Assembly: GCA_965223855.1 (NCBI GenBank)
Contig: CBDCXM010000009.1
Coordinates: 512,001-576,000 of the forward strand
DNA length: 64,000 bases
Source: Candidatus Multivoradales bacterium
GTDB taxonomy: Bacteria > Acidobacteriota > Thermoanaerobaculia > Multivoradales > JAHEKO01
Direction: 5' to 3'
Shown here: piece by piece, positions 51,409-61,466 of the stretch
Numbering within the stretch: the stretch's first letter is position 1
Layout: each line of letters opens with the position of its first letter
The notes under the pieces: model-generated
Seen by the model: the letters and a program-made list of their open reading frames with translations, nothing else
Databases searched by the model: none
Told to the model about the DNA's origin: nothing
Position numbers and translations under genes: made by a program

Positions 51409-51581
51409 GGGGGGCGGCCTCGGGGCTCTAGAGGTCTACGGAGACGGACGCGGCCGGGATTGGCCGCGCAGCGTGCCGCGGATTCTACGCCCTGGCCGCG
51501 CCCGGGCCGGGCCGAGGGGCTAAGATGCCGCGAAGCTTCACTCCCAAGAACGGTTTCCGAGACTCCTCTGGAGGTGTGCGC

Positions 51582-52829
51582 GTGGAACGGCTGATCAGTC
51601 TGCTCGGTCTCTTCACCATGGTCGGTCTGGCGTGGGCGATGAGTTCCCACAAGAGGCGGGTCTCCTGGCGCCTGGTCGGCGCGGGGATGGCGCTCCAGTT
51701 CGTCTTCGCCCTGCTGATCCTGAAGACCGTCCCCGGGCAGGCCGTGTTCGCCGCCATGGGCGACTTCTTCCAGCAGATCCTCGGCTTCGTCGATCGCGGG
51801 TCGGCCTTCATGTTCGACATCTATCCGCGGCCCGGCGACGAGCCGCTGCCGCCGACCTACACGCTGTGGCGCTCGTTCGCCTTCGGAGTGCTGCCGACGG
51901 TCGTCTTCTTTTCGTCGCTGATGGCGATCCTCTACCACGTCGGCTTCATGCAGAAGGTGGTGCAGCTCTTCGCCTGGATCATGCAGCGCACGCTCGGCAC
52001 CTCGGGCGCCGAGAGCCTGTCGGCCGCGGCCAACATCTTCGTCGGCCAGACCGAGGCACCGCTGGTGATCCGCCCCTACGTCGCCAAGATGACGATGTCC
52101 GAGCTCAACGCGGTCATGGTCGGCGGCTTCGCCACCATCGCCGGCGGCGTGCTGGCGGCGTTCGTCGCCATGGGTCTCGACGCCGGGCACCTCATCACCG
52201 CGTCGGTGATCTCGGCACCCGCCGCGCTGCTGATCGCCAAGGTGATGCAGCCCGAGGTCGAGGAGCCGAAGACGCTCGGCTCCGTGAAGCTCGAGGTGGA
52301 GAAGCACAACGTCAACGTCGTCGAGGCGGCGGCGACCGGTGCCAGCGACGGCATCAAGCTCGCCTTCAACATCGCCGCGATGCTGATCGCATTCGTCGCC
52401 CTGGTGGCGATGGCCAACGCGCTGCTGGGCTGGTTCGGAGGGTTCTTCGGCTTCGAGGGTGAGACCGCATGGAGCCTCGAGAAGGCGTTCGGGCTCGTCT
52501 TCGCGCCGCTCGCCTACCTGATGGGGATTCCGTGGAGCGAGTGCCGCCTCGCCGGCGAGATCATCGGCACCAAGACGGCGGTCAACGAGTTCGTCGCCTT
52601 CGCCAGTCTCAGCACCCGGCTCGAGATGTTCAGCGAACGCACCGTCACGATCCTCACCTACGCCCTGGCCGGCTTCGCCAACTTCAGCTCGATCGGCATC
52701 CAGCTGGGCGGCATCGGCGCCATGGCCCCGGAGCGCCGCAGCGACCTCGCTCGCCTCGGCGTCAGGGCGATGATCGGAGGCACTCTCGCCGCCTTCATGA
52801 CGGCCTGTGTGGCGGGCCTCCTGATCTAA
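51582..52829 (+). CDS. nupC: CNT-family nucleoside transporter
   Basis: ANIFVGQTEAP, GFATIAG, NEFVA, GFANFSSIGI. Confidence 0.92.
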   Translation: MERLISLLGLFTMVGLAWAMSSHKRRVSWRLVGAGMALQFVFALLILKTVPGQAVFAAMGDFFQQILGFVDRGSAFMFDIYPRPGDEPLPPTYTLWRSFAFGVLPTVVFFSSLMAILYHVGFMQKVVQLFAWIMQRTLGTSGAESLSAAANIFVGQTEAPLVIRPYVAKMTMSELNAVMVGGFATIAGGVLAAFVAMGLDAGHLITASVISAPAALLIAKVMQPEVEEPKTLGSVKLEVEKHNVNVVEAAATGASDGIKLAFNIAAMLIAFVALVAMANALLGWFGGFFGFEGETAWSLEKAFGLVFAPLAYLMGIPWSECRLAGEIIGTKTAVNEFVAFASLSTRLEMFSERTVTILTYALAGFANFSSIGIQLGGIGAMAPERRSDLARLGVRAMIGGTLAAFMTACVAGLLI

Positions 52830-52925
52830 CCCGTTCCCGTCCTCTATAATCGGCAGTCCCTGGAGAACGAAACGCCCGTGTTGGTCGGGGTTTAGCGGCC
52901 AATCGGACAAAGGACTCGAGTCGCC

Positions 52926-53840
52926 TTGGATCGACGCAGCTTCCTGAGGATCGTCCCCCGCGTCGCCGGCGCCGCGACCGTCGGCGCGTTGCTGAAGGGG
53001 GGTTCTCCAGGTTCCAGACCCATGGAGGTCGATGAGGCGCTCGCCGCCGACCACACGGTCGAGCCGACGCGCGACGAGGGGAGCTTCGTCGCGCCGCCGA
53101 TTCACGGCGACTCGCCGCCGTCGGTCGCCCGCGCGGTCGTCAAGGCGCGCGACTTCGACCGCGCCTACGACGACGACGTCTGGATCGAGGATCCTCAGTG
53201 GGACATCCTCGTCTCCACCGCCGCCAGGCTCGAGCGGGCGCAGATCGTCGTCGGTCACGGCAACTTCAACCGCGTCGGCTTCGACGAGGTCGTGTCGTTC
53301 GCCAACAGCTATCCCGACATCGGCATCTTCGATCGCGAAGAGCTCGAGCTGATGGACGAGCTCTTTCACGCAGACGTCTCGAGCTACGGCTTCCTCGGCG
53401 ACAAGGTGATCGAGAACCTGACCGACCAGCTCGCGGAGAACGAACTCGAGCGGATCGCCGGCACCGGCCACTATCTGCTGCGCGGGCCGTCGCTCGAGAA
53501 GTACGAGCAGATCCGGCGCGACATCGGCGACTCCGTGCTCCTGACCTCGGGAGTCCGCGGCCTCGCCAAGCAGTACCACCTGTTCCTGCGCAAGGCGGTC
53601 GAGACCCAGGGCAACCTGTCGCAGGCGGCTCGCTCGCTGGCGCCGCCCGGATACTCGTTCCACGCGATCGGCGACTTCGACATCGGCAAGCGCGGCCTCG
53701 GCCCGGCCAACTTCACCGACTCCTTCGCCGACACCGACGAGTTCAGGAAGCTCATCGACCTCGGCTACATCGACATCCGCTACCCGGAGTCGAACGAGTA
53801 CGGCGTGCGCCACGAGCCGTGGCACATCAAGATCGGCTGA
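52926..53840 (+). CDS. M15 D-Ala-D-Ala carboxypeptidase-like protein with Tat signal
   Basis: DRRSFL; SGVR, APPGYSFH...D, EPWH; TATAAT at 52845-52850. Confidence 0.8.
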   Translation: MDRRSFLRIVPRVAGAATVGALLKGGSPGSRPMEVDEALAADHTVEPTRDEGSFVAPPIHGDSPPSVARAVVKARDFDRAYDDDVWIEDPQWDILVSTAARLERAQIVVGHGNFNRVGFDEVVSFANSYPDIGIFDREELELMDELFHADVSSYGFLGDKVIENLTDQLAENELERIAGTGHYLLRGPSLEKYEQIRRDIGDSVLLTSGVRGLAKQYHLFLRKAVETQGNLSQAARSLAPPGYSFHAIGDFDIGKRGLGPANFTDSFADTDEFRKLIDLGYIDIRYPESNEYGVRHEPWHIKIG

Positions 53841-53992
53841 CCCGCTCCGGAGGCTGAGGCTCGCCCCTTCGCCGCGACAGGGACGGCGGCGAGCGAGGTC
53901 GCAAGGGGGGGAAGGCACCGAGAGCCGGGAGCAGGCGCGCAGCGACGAGCTATCGCGCGGCCCCGGCTGCGCGCGGCGTAGACTCGCCTGCC

Positions 53993-55327
53993 GTGTCTGC
54001 CCGCTCCGAGACCCCACCCGCCGCCGCGGTGGGCTACCTCGAACTCGTCCGTCGCAACCGCGACTTCCGGCGGCTGTGGCTGGGCGACGTCGCGTCGCAC
54101 CTCGGCGACTGGTTCAACACGATCGCCGTCTACACGCTGATCGACCGCCTCACCGGCTCGCCGCTGGCGCTGGGGCTGGTCTTCCTCACCAAGTCGCTGC
54201 CGTTCGCGCTCGCCGCCCCGATCGCCGGCCTCGTCGCCGATCGCTTCGACCGGCGACGGCTGATGATCGGTTGCGACCTCGTCAGGGCGCTCGTGGTGCT
54301 CGGCCTGCTGCTGGTGAGAGAGCCCGACGACGTGGTCTGGATCTACGTCCTCGGAGCGCTGCAGATGCTCGCGAGCGCGGTCTTCATTCCGGCTCGCTCG
54401 GCGTCGATCCCCAACGTCACCTCCGAGCGTGAGCTGCTGACCGCGAACGCGCTGTCGGCCGGCACCTGGTCGGCCCTTCTCGCCCTCGGAGCGGCGGTCG
54501 GCGGGTTCGCCACCGAGTGGCTCGGGGTGCGGGCCGTGTTCGTGATCGACAGCCTCACGTACCTCGTCTCCGCCTGGCTCGTCTGGCGGACCGTCATCCC
54601 CCAGCAGACCGACGCGGAGCCCTCCAGGGAGGCAGGGCTCGCGCCGCTGATCGGCACGGCGAGGCGCCAGGTGGTCGACGGTTGGCGCCAGCTACGGCAC
54701 GACCCGCGGATCGGCCGCGCTGCACTCGTCAAGTCCGCGTGGGCGCTCGGCGGCGGCGGCCTCGTCTACATGCTGGCGCTGCTGGGAGGTCAACTGACCC
54801 CTGCCGCACCGGCGCTCGGGATCGGATGGCTCTACGCGGCGCGCGGCCTCGGCACGGGCGTCGGCCCCGTGCTGCTGCGGAGATTCCTCCCGGCTCGCGA
54901 GCGCTGGCCGGGAGCCATCGGCTGGGGAATCGTCGTGAGCGGCCTCGGCTACTGGGCGGTCTCAGGCCTCTCCGCCCTACCGGCGCTCTTGCTGCTGGTG
55001 GTCCTCGCCCACTCGACCAGCGGCGCCAACTGGGTCGCCTCGACGGTCCTTCTCCAGGAGCGGACCGCCGATCGCTATCGCGGCCGGGTCTTCGCCACCG
55101 AGTGGCTGCTGCTGACGCTGGTCGACTCGCTGGCGATCCTGGTCGCCAGCCTGGTACTGGAGCGCGGGCTCCTGACGCTTCGTCAGGGCCTCTTCACCTT
55201 CGGCACCGTCCAGGTGCTGACGGGATTGCTATGGCTCGTCACGGCGGCGCGTGCAGAGAGGAAGGGCGGCGACGAAGGCCCTGACAACCCGGGAAGCTCG
55301 GAAGGTCAAAGCCACATCTCCATGTAG
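53993..55327 (+). CDS. MFS transporter
   Basis: GLVADRFDRRRLM motif A, about 12 TM helices. Confidence 0.88.
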   Translation: MSARSETPPAAAVGYLELVRRNRDFRRLWLGDVASHLGDWFNTIAVYTLIDRLTGSPLALGLVFLTKSLPFALAAPIAGLVADRFDRRRLMIGCDLVRALVVLGLLLVREPDDVVWIYVLGALQMLASAVFIPARSASIPNVTSERELLTANALSAGTWSALLALGAAVGGFATEWLGVRAVFVIDSLTYLVSAWLVWRTVIPQQTDAEPSREAGLAPLIGTARRQVVDGWRQLRHDPRIGRAALVKSAWALGGGGLVYMLALLGGQLTPAAPALGIGWLYAARGLGTGVGPVLLRRFLPARERWPGAIGWGIVVSGLGYWAVSGLSALPALLLLVVLAHSTSGANWVASTVLLQERTADRYRGRVFATEWLLLTLVDSLAILVASLVLERGLLTLRQGLFTFGTVQVLTGLLWLVTAARAERKGGDEGPDNPGSSEGQSHISM

Positions 55328-55356
55328 GACCGTTCTCGGTGTACGCTTCGCCGGCC

Positions 55357-55977
55357 ATGCTGCACGTCGTCGATCACCCGTTGATTCGCCACAAAGTCGG
55401 TTACCTGCGCGATCAGTCGACCTCGCCGTCGCTGTTTCGAGCCATCGTCACGGAGCTGTCGGCCATGATGATCGTGGAAGCACTCCGCGACGCGCCGACC
55501 GAGGCCTCGAGTGTCTTGACCTGGTCCGGACCGGCTCAGGTCCAGCGAGTTTCCGGCGAGAAGCTGGTGTTGTGCCCGATCCTCCGCGCCGGCCTCGGCA
55601 TGCTGGCTGGAGCGCAGTTGATTCTGCCGACCGCCGGCGTCGCCACCCTCGGGCTCGAGCGCGACGAGGAGACCCTCGAGCCGCGCGTCTACTACGAGAA
55701 GATGCCCGCCACCCTGCAGGGAGCCACGGTGCTGCTACTCGACCCGATGCTGGCGACCGGTGGCAGCGCGGTCGCAGCAGCCGCGAGGCTGCGCGCCGAA
55801 GGAGCCGCGCGGATTCGCGGTCTCTTCCTGATCTCGGCGCCTGAAGGGGTCGCGAGGCTCGAGAGGGCAGAGCCGGAGATGGACATCTACACCGCGGCCC
55901 TCGACCACCGTCTCAATCGCCGCGGCTACATCCTGCCGGGGCTCGGCGACGCGGGCGACCGGCTCTTCGGCACCTGA
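55357..55977 (+). CDS. upp: Uracil phosphoribosyltransferase
   Basis: PILRAGLGM, DPMLATGGS, GYILPGLGDAGDRLFGT. Confidence 0.96.
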   Translation: MLHVVDHPLIRHKVGYLRDQSTSPSLFRAIVTELSAMMIVEALRDAPTEASSVLTWSGPAQVQRVSGEKLVLCPILRAGLGMLAGAQLILPTAGVATLGLERDEETLEPRVYYEKMPATLQGATVLLLDPMLATGGSAVAAAARLRAEGAARIRGLFLISAPEGVARLERAEPEMDIYTAALDHRLNRRGYILPGLGDAGDRLFGT

Positions 55978-55992
55978 GCGGTAGCGCCACCG

Positions 55993-56766
55993 TCACCCCG
56001 AATCGAGGACGAAGACACGACGGGCGTTGGCGGTCGTCACGACGGCGAGCTCCTCGAACGACACCTCTTTGACCTCTGCGAGCTTGCGAGCGGTCGTCGC
56101 CACGAACGCCGGTTCGTTGGCGACCTTGCCGTGGCCGCGGGGCGTGAGCCACGGCGAGTCGGTCTCGACGAGGCACTGCTCGAGCGGGGTCACCCGCGCC
56201 GCGGCGCGCACGTTCCCGGCACGCGGATAGGTGAGGATGCCGGAGAACGAGACCGGCCACCCCCACTCGACGAACGGCACCACCTCCTCCTCGTCGCCGG
56301 CGAAGCAGTGGACGACGCCGCGCAGGCCGTCGGCGGCGGCGCGCTCGAGCCTGGCGGCGGCCCGGGGATACTCGTCGCGGATGTGCAGGATCAGCGGCAG
56401 GTCGCACTCGAAGGCCAGGTCGACGTGGCGGTCCAGGAACTCCTCCTGAAGGGAGAGGGGCGCCCGGTCCCAGTAGGAGTCGAGACCGCTCTCGCCGATC
56501 GCCACCACCTTCTCGTGGCGGGCGAGCTCCGCGACCCTCGCCAGATCTCCGTCCTGCGCCTCGGCGACGTGGTTGGGGTGGATGCCGACGGCGGCCCACA
56601 GACCCTCTTGCGACGCGACGAAGTCGAGCACTCGCGGGGCGCTCGGAGCGTCGATCGCGACGACCACGGCCTCCTCGACACCGGCCGCGCGGGCACGCTG
56701 CCACGCCCCGGCGGGATCGTCGGCCAGCGCGTCGTAGGTCAGGTGGCAGTGAGTGTCGAAGAGCAC
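55993..56766 (-). CDS. tatD: TatD-family DNase
   Basis: DTHCH, GIHP, GESGLD, HCF, ETDSP. Confidence 0.9.
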   Translation of the reverse strand: MLFDTHCHLTYDALADDPAGAWQRARAAGVEEAVVVAIDAPSAPRVLDFVASQEGLWAAVGIHPNHVAEAQDGDLARVAELARHEKVVAIGESGLDSYWDRAPLSLQEEFLDRHVDLAFECDLPLILHIRDEYPRAAARLERAAADGLRGVVHCFAGDEEEVVPFVEWGWPVSFSGILTYPRAGNVRAAARVTPLEQCLVETDSPWLTPRGHGKVANEPAFVATTARKLAEVKEVSFEELAVVTTANARRVFVLDSG

Positions 56767-56801
56767 GGGCCGGGAAGATAGCAGGTGTAGACTCGCCCGC
56801 C

Positions 56802-57311
<510 letters not shown>

Positions 57312-57451
57312 TCGCACCGTCATCGGCCATCCGTTGTCATGCCGACGACCCCGCGAGGGATCAGCGTGCAACCGTCGACCCAGCGGCCGTCGTATCATTC
57401 GAGACAGGCCCTCACGGGCGTCCTCTTCGTTACCTGACCAGGAGTTCCATC

Positions 57452-57919
57452 ATGCGTCGTCTCCCCCATCTCCCCCTCTTCGCCGTCGTCATCTGCACCG
57501 GCCTGGTGGCCGGCTTCGCCCTCGCCGCGTCGGAGGAGTCGAGCGAGTTCGGCGATGCGCAGGCCGACGCTGAGCGCTACATGCGCTACTACAGCGAGAT
57601 CGAGCTCACCCCCGAGCAGGAGAAGGTCAAGCGCGAGGCGCTGGAGGCGCTGCCCGCCGCGTGCTGCAGCGACAACAGCGCCTACACCTGCTGCTGTCCC
57701 TGCAACCTCTCACGGACCGTCTGGGGTCTGTCGGCCCACCTGATCGCCAATGAAGGCGCCGACGCAGCGACCGTGCGCACCGCGGTCGAGCAGTGGTACC
57801 AGCGGGTCAACCCGGACGGCTTCCCCGGCAACACCTGCTACACCGGCGGCTGCGGCAAGCCGTTCTCCCATGGCGGCTGCGGCGGCATGAACCCGACGCG
57901 GCTGAGCTGGGCGCAGTAG
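57452..57919 (+). CDS. Cysteine-rich secreted protein
   Basis: AGGAG RBS, signal peptide, CC..CCCPC..C..C..C. Confidence 0.75.
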   Translation: MRRLPHLPLFAVVICTGLVAGFALAASEESSEFGDAQADAERYMRYYSEIELTPEQEKVKREALEALPAACCSDNSAYTCCCPCNLSRTVWGLSAHLIANEGADAATVRTAVEQWYQRVNPDGFPGNTCYTGGCGKPFSHGGCGGMNPTRLSWAQ

Positions 57920-57983
57920 GCGTCCAGCAGCCCGTGGCGGGTAGCCGGGCCGATCGAGGCGCCGGCATGGCACCATAGCGCCC

Positions 57984-59672
57984 ATGGAGGGCCTCGACAG
58001 TCGACCGCGCTGGCAACCGTGGCAGGTCGTCGCCGTCGTCGCCGCCCTGCTCTTCCTCCCCTGGCTCCACCAGCGGAGCCTCTGGTACCCGGACGAGCCG
58101 GACGTGGCGGAGCCCACGATCTCGATGCTCGAGAGCGGCGACTGGGTCGTGCCGCGGCACAACGACGAGGCGTGGCTCGACTACCCCCCCGTGACCTACT
58201 GGCTGGGGGCGATCAGCAGCTCGGTCGCGGGCGCGTGGAGCCCGTTCGCGCTGCGCCTTCCGGTCGCGCTGCTGGCGACGCTGCTCGCCGCGCTCACGGC
58301 GTGGGCCACCACACGCCTCGCCGGCCGGGCGGCGGGGTTGTGGGCCGGCCTCACGATGGTGACCGCCCCGCATTTCGCCTATCAGGCGACCAACTTCCAT
58401 CCCGACATGGCGTTCGCCGTCTTCATCGCGCTGGGCATCGCCGCCTACGCTCGCGGCGCCGGTGACGGCTCCGGCCGACCCCGCTACCTGTGGATGGTCG
58501 CGGGCTTCGCCTGCTTCGGCGGCGCGATGCTCTCGAAAGGGCCGCTGGGGCTGCTGCTGCCGGGGCTGATCCTCTTCGTCTGGCACGCCGTCCAGAGACA
58601 GTGGGGAGCGATGCTGCGCCTCGCGCCACTGGCTCTGGTGTCGATCGCGGTCTCCCTCGCCTGGTACGGGCCCCTCATAGGAGCCCTCGGCTGGCAGGAG
58701 GTCTCGACCGAGCTCTACCTCCAGAACTTCGCCCGCTACGAGGACACCAGCCGCGGGCACGGTGGCAAGGGGTGGTGGTACTACCTGGAGCGCCTGTGGG
58801 TCGACTGGGCCCCCTGGTCGCTCCTGCTCCCCGGCGCCGTCGCCGCGGCATTCGCGGCACGCCGCCGGGATCCCTGGGTGCGGCTCGCACTCTTGTGGAT
58901 CTTCCTGAGCGTCGCCTTCTTCACGCTCGCAGCGACCAAACGACAGGTCTATCTGCTTCCCGTCTACCCGGCGATCGCCTTCCTGATCGGTCGCTGGGTC
59001 GGAGCGGCGCTGGAGGACGGCCGGCGATCGCTCCCGCGCGCCATGCAGATCCTCGGCGGACTCTGTGCGGTCGTGGGGCTGGTCCTCCTCGGTGCGGCGA
59101 TCTTCACCGGGCCGCTCGAGGAGCGGCTCGCCCGCAGCGAGCTGCCGCTCGACGAGTTCCGGCTGCCACTCCTGGTCCTTGGCGCGAGCCTCGGCGGCGG
59201 CGGGATCGTTGCCTTCCTGGCGGCGCGCCGCGGACGGCCGCAACGCGGTCTCGGGGCGGCCGCGGTGGGACTGTGGCTGTGCTACGCCGTCGCCTTCGGC
59301 GGCATCCTCCCGCGGCTCGACGGTGGCAAGTCCTACGGCGAGGCGGTGCGGGCACTGCGGGCCTCGGCGGGCGAGGAGCCCTTCGGCTTCTACCCGCCCG
59401 ACATCCAGAACAAGAGAGCCGGCTTCCGGGTGGAGGACCCTGCCTTCATGCCCCTCGAGGTTCTCTCCTCGCCGGAGGAAGTGGAGGCCTACCTGTCGTC
59501 CGGTTCGAGACTCGTCATCCTCCACCCGTCGCGCGAAGCCGAGATCGGAGGGAGCGAGCGGGGGGAAAGACCCCGGCAGGAGATCGAGCTCGGAAGCAGG
59601 AAGTTCGTCGTCCTCGGCCCGGAAGTCGACCCCGAGGTCGAAGGGCCGGAGGCTTCCGAACCCACTCCCTGA
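57984..59672 (+). CDS. ArnT/PMT-like membrane glycosyltransferase
   Basis: PDE, GDWVVP, PP..YW, KGPLG, K...YLLP.YP. Confidence 0.88.
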   Translation: MEGLDSRPRWQPWQVVAVVAALLFLPWLHQRSLWYPDEPDVAEPTISMLESGDWVVPRHNDEAWLDYPPVTYWLGAISSSVAGAWSPFALRLPVALLATLLAALTAWATTRLAGRAAGLWAGLTMVTAPHFAYQATNFHPDMAFAVFIALGIAAYARGAGDGSGRPRYLWMVAGFACFGGAMLSKGPLGLLLPGLILFVWHAVQRQWGAMLRLAPLALVSIAVSLAWYGPLIGALGWQEVSTELYLQNFARYEDTSRGHGGKGWWYYLERLWVDWAPWSLLLPGAVAAAFAARRRDPWVRLALLWIFLSVAFFTLAATKRQVYLLPVYPAIAFLIGRWVGAALEDGRRSLPRAMQILGGLCAVVGLVLLGAAIFTGPLEERLARSELPLDEFRLPLLVLGASLGGGGIVAFLAARRGRPQRGLGAAAVGLWLCYAVAFGGILPRLDGGKSYGEAVRALRASAGEEPFGFYPPDIQNKRAGFRVEDPAFMPLEVLSSPEEVEAYLSSGSRLVILHPSREAEIGGSERGERPRQEIELGSRKFVVLGPEVDPEVEGPEASEPTP

Positions 59673-59681
59673 CGTTCGGGG

Positions 59682-60800
59682 CTAGGGCACCGCAGGTTCG
59701 CCGCCGCCCGTCGCGCGTGCGATCCGCACCACCACCGACTCCAGATCGACCCGGCCGTCACGGTTGGTCTGCACGGCCACCGTCAGTTCCCTGTCGAGAT
59801 AGTGGGCGACGTGGGAGCGATATCCGGACCACAGCCCCGCGTGGCCGAAGGAACGGGTCGGCGCGTGAACGAAGACGCCGAAGCCGTAGTGCCACTCCGC
59901 TCCCGGCTTGCGATATCCCGACTCGAGCATGAGGGTGAGGCTCTCGGTCGAAACCAGCTCGCCGCGGGCGAGCGATCGGTAGAAGCGCGCGAGCATTTCC
60001 GGCGTGACGATCAGCCCTCCCCCCGTCCACTCCGACCGCGGGTCGAGCTTCATCCGCCCGTCCTTGCGGTAGACGCTCGCGCCGCCCGTGTAGCCGATCG
60101 CCACGTCGGTCAGCACCGCGTCATCCTGCGCCCTGACGCGATCGAGTCCGAGCGGCACGAGCACCCGTTCCTCCAGCAGCTCGAAGTAGCCGCGCCCGGT
60201 CGCCGCCTCGATCACCCGCCCGAGGACCAGATAGCCGATGTCCGTGTAGCGGTACCCCTCGCCGGGGGCGAAGGAGGGCCGCTTGCCGAGCGTGAAGGCG
60301 ATCAGCTCCTCCGGCTCGTAGTAGGCGCTGCCGTGCCGAAGCACCCGCACGATCATCGACAGCAGAAAACTCGGCCGACCCGGATAGTCGCCGAGCCCGG
60401 CGGAATGTGACAGCAGATGCCGCACGCGAATCTCCTCCGCGTTCGGCAACCGCGCGAACCAGTCGCGACCTCCCAGCCACTTCGAGATCGGATCATCGAG
60501 CGACAGCACCCCCTCTTCGACCAGCAGCATCGTCAGGGCCGCGACGAACGTCTTGCCGGTACTGCCGCCCGGCATGCCGATGTCGTTGTCGAGTGGTATC
60601 CCCGCCTTCCTGTCCGCCACGCCGACGGCGGCCCTCACCACCGATCCATCCGCGAGCACCACCGCGGCCCGCAAGCCCGGCATCTCCCGGTCGCGCATCT
60701 CCTTGTCCAGCAGCGCCGCCAGCGAGAACTCGTCCAGCACCGACGCCGACACGAGGGCAGGGAGCAGAATCAGGGCCGCAAGCGCGCCGCAAAGCTTCAT
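59682..60800 (-). CDS. Serine hydrolase (beta-lactamase family)
   Basis: STGK (SxxK), LLSHSAG, YTD, HAG. Confidence 0.88.
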   Translation of the reverse strand: MKLCGALAALILLPALVSASVLDEFSLAALLDKEMRDREMPGLRAAVVLADGSVVRAAVGVADRKAGIPLDNDIGMPGGSTGKTFVAALTMLLVEEGVLSLDDPISKWLGGRDWFARLPNAEEIRVRHLLSHSAGLGDYPGRPSFLLSMIVRVLRHGSAYYEPEELIAFTLGKRPSFAPGEGYRYTDIGYLVLGRVIEAATGRGYFELLEERVLVPLGLDRVRAQDDAVLTDVAIGYTGGASVYRKDGRMKLDPRSEWTGGGLIVTPEMLARFYRSLARGELVSTESLTLMLESGYRKPGAEWHYGFGVFVHAPTRSFGHAGLWSGYRSHVAHYLDRELTVAVQTNRDGRVDLESVVVRIARATGGGEPAVP

Positions 60801-60899
60801 CCCCTACCACCCTACCCCGCCGTCGGCGGGGCCTCGCCGCGAACTCCGTCGCTCGGCTCCCGACTCTCGCCGGAGAAGCTGCAGCCTCGCGTGCCATCA

Positions 60900-60972
60900 A
60901 GGACGACGAAGGGGTTTCTCCACCCGGGGCATGGTCGGGTGAGGCCGGGGGGAGAAAGGGCTTCGTCGTCCT
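60900..60972. other. Long intergenic hairpin downstream of cdd
   Basis: AGGACGACGAAG/CTTCGTCGTCCT 12-bp stem plus inner TTTCTCC/GGAGAAA. Confidence 0.6.
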
Positions 60973-61001
60973 GAATCGACAGGACGAGAACAGCGGCCGT
61001 T

Positions 61002-61394
61002 TCAGCGAGGCTCGAGCCGGAACTGCTCCGGCAACAGCTCCGCCAGCCGACGACGCCGCGTCACCGTCCCTTCGGCGTCGACGATCACCACCTCCAGGTC
61101 GCCGAACTCCGAGAGCACCTGCCGGCAGGCGCCGCACGGCCCCGCCTTGCCGTCGGTCGCGATCACCACCCGGCGAAACTCGCGATGACCTGCCGTGACC
61201 GCCGCACCGACCGCCACCCGCTCGGCGCAGTTCGTCAGGCCGTAGGAGGCGTTCTCTACGTTGCAGCCCGCGAACACGTCGCCGTTCGCCGTCTCGAGAG
61301 CCGCGCCGACGTAGTAGCGCGAGTAGGGGGCGTGCGCGTTGGCACGCGCCGCCAACGCAGCCTCGATCAGGGGTTGGAGGTCGTCGTCCGCCAT
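61002..61394 (-). CDS. cdd: Cytidine deaminase
   Basis: [23 protein letters not shown]. Confidence 0.95.
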   Translation of the reverse strand: MADDDLQPLIEAALAARANAHAPYSRYYVGAALETANGDVFAGCNVENASYGLTNCAERVAVGAAVTAGHREFRRVVIATDGKAGPCGACRQVLSEFGDLEVVIVDAEGTVTRRRRLAELLPEQFRLEPR

Positions 61395-61466
61395 CGCTGC
61401 GATCCTAGCCTGAACCCCTCCCGACTTCCCGCTCCAGGGCCTCAGCCTGCTGGCGAGAGGTCCCTA

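Noticed and set aside
51111-54017. 968-aa minus-strand ORF
   Set aside because: Shadow of nupC and the M15 peptidase.
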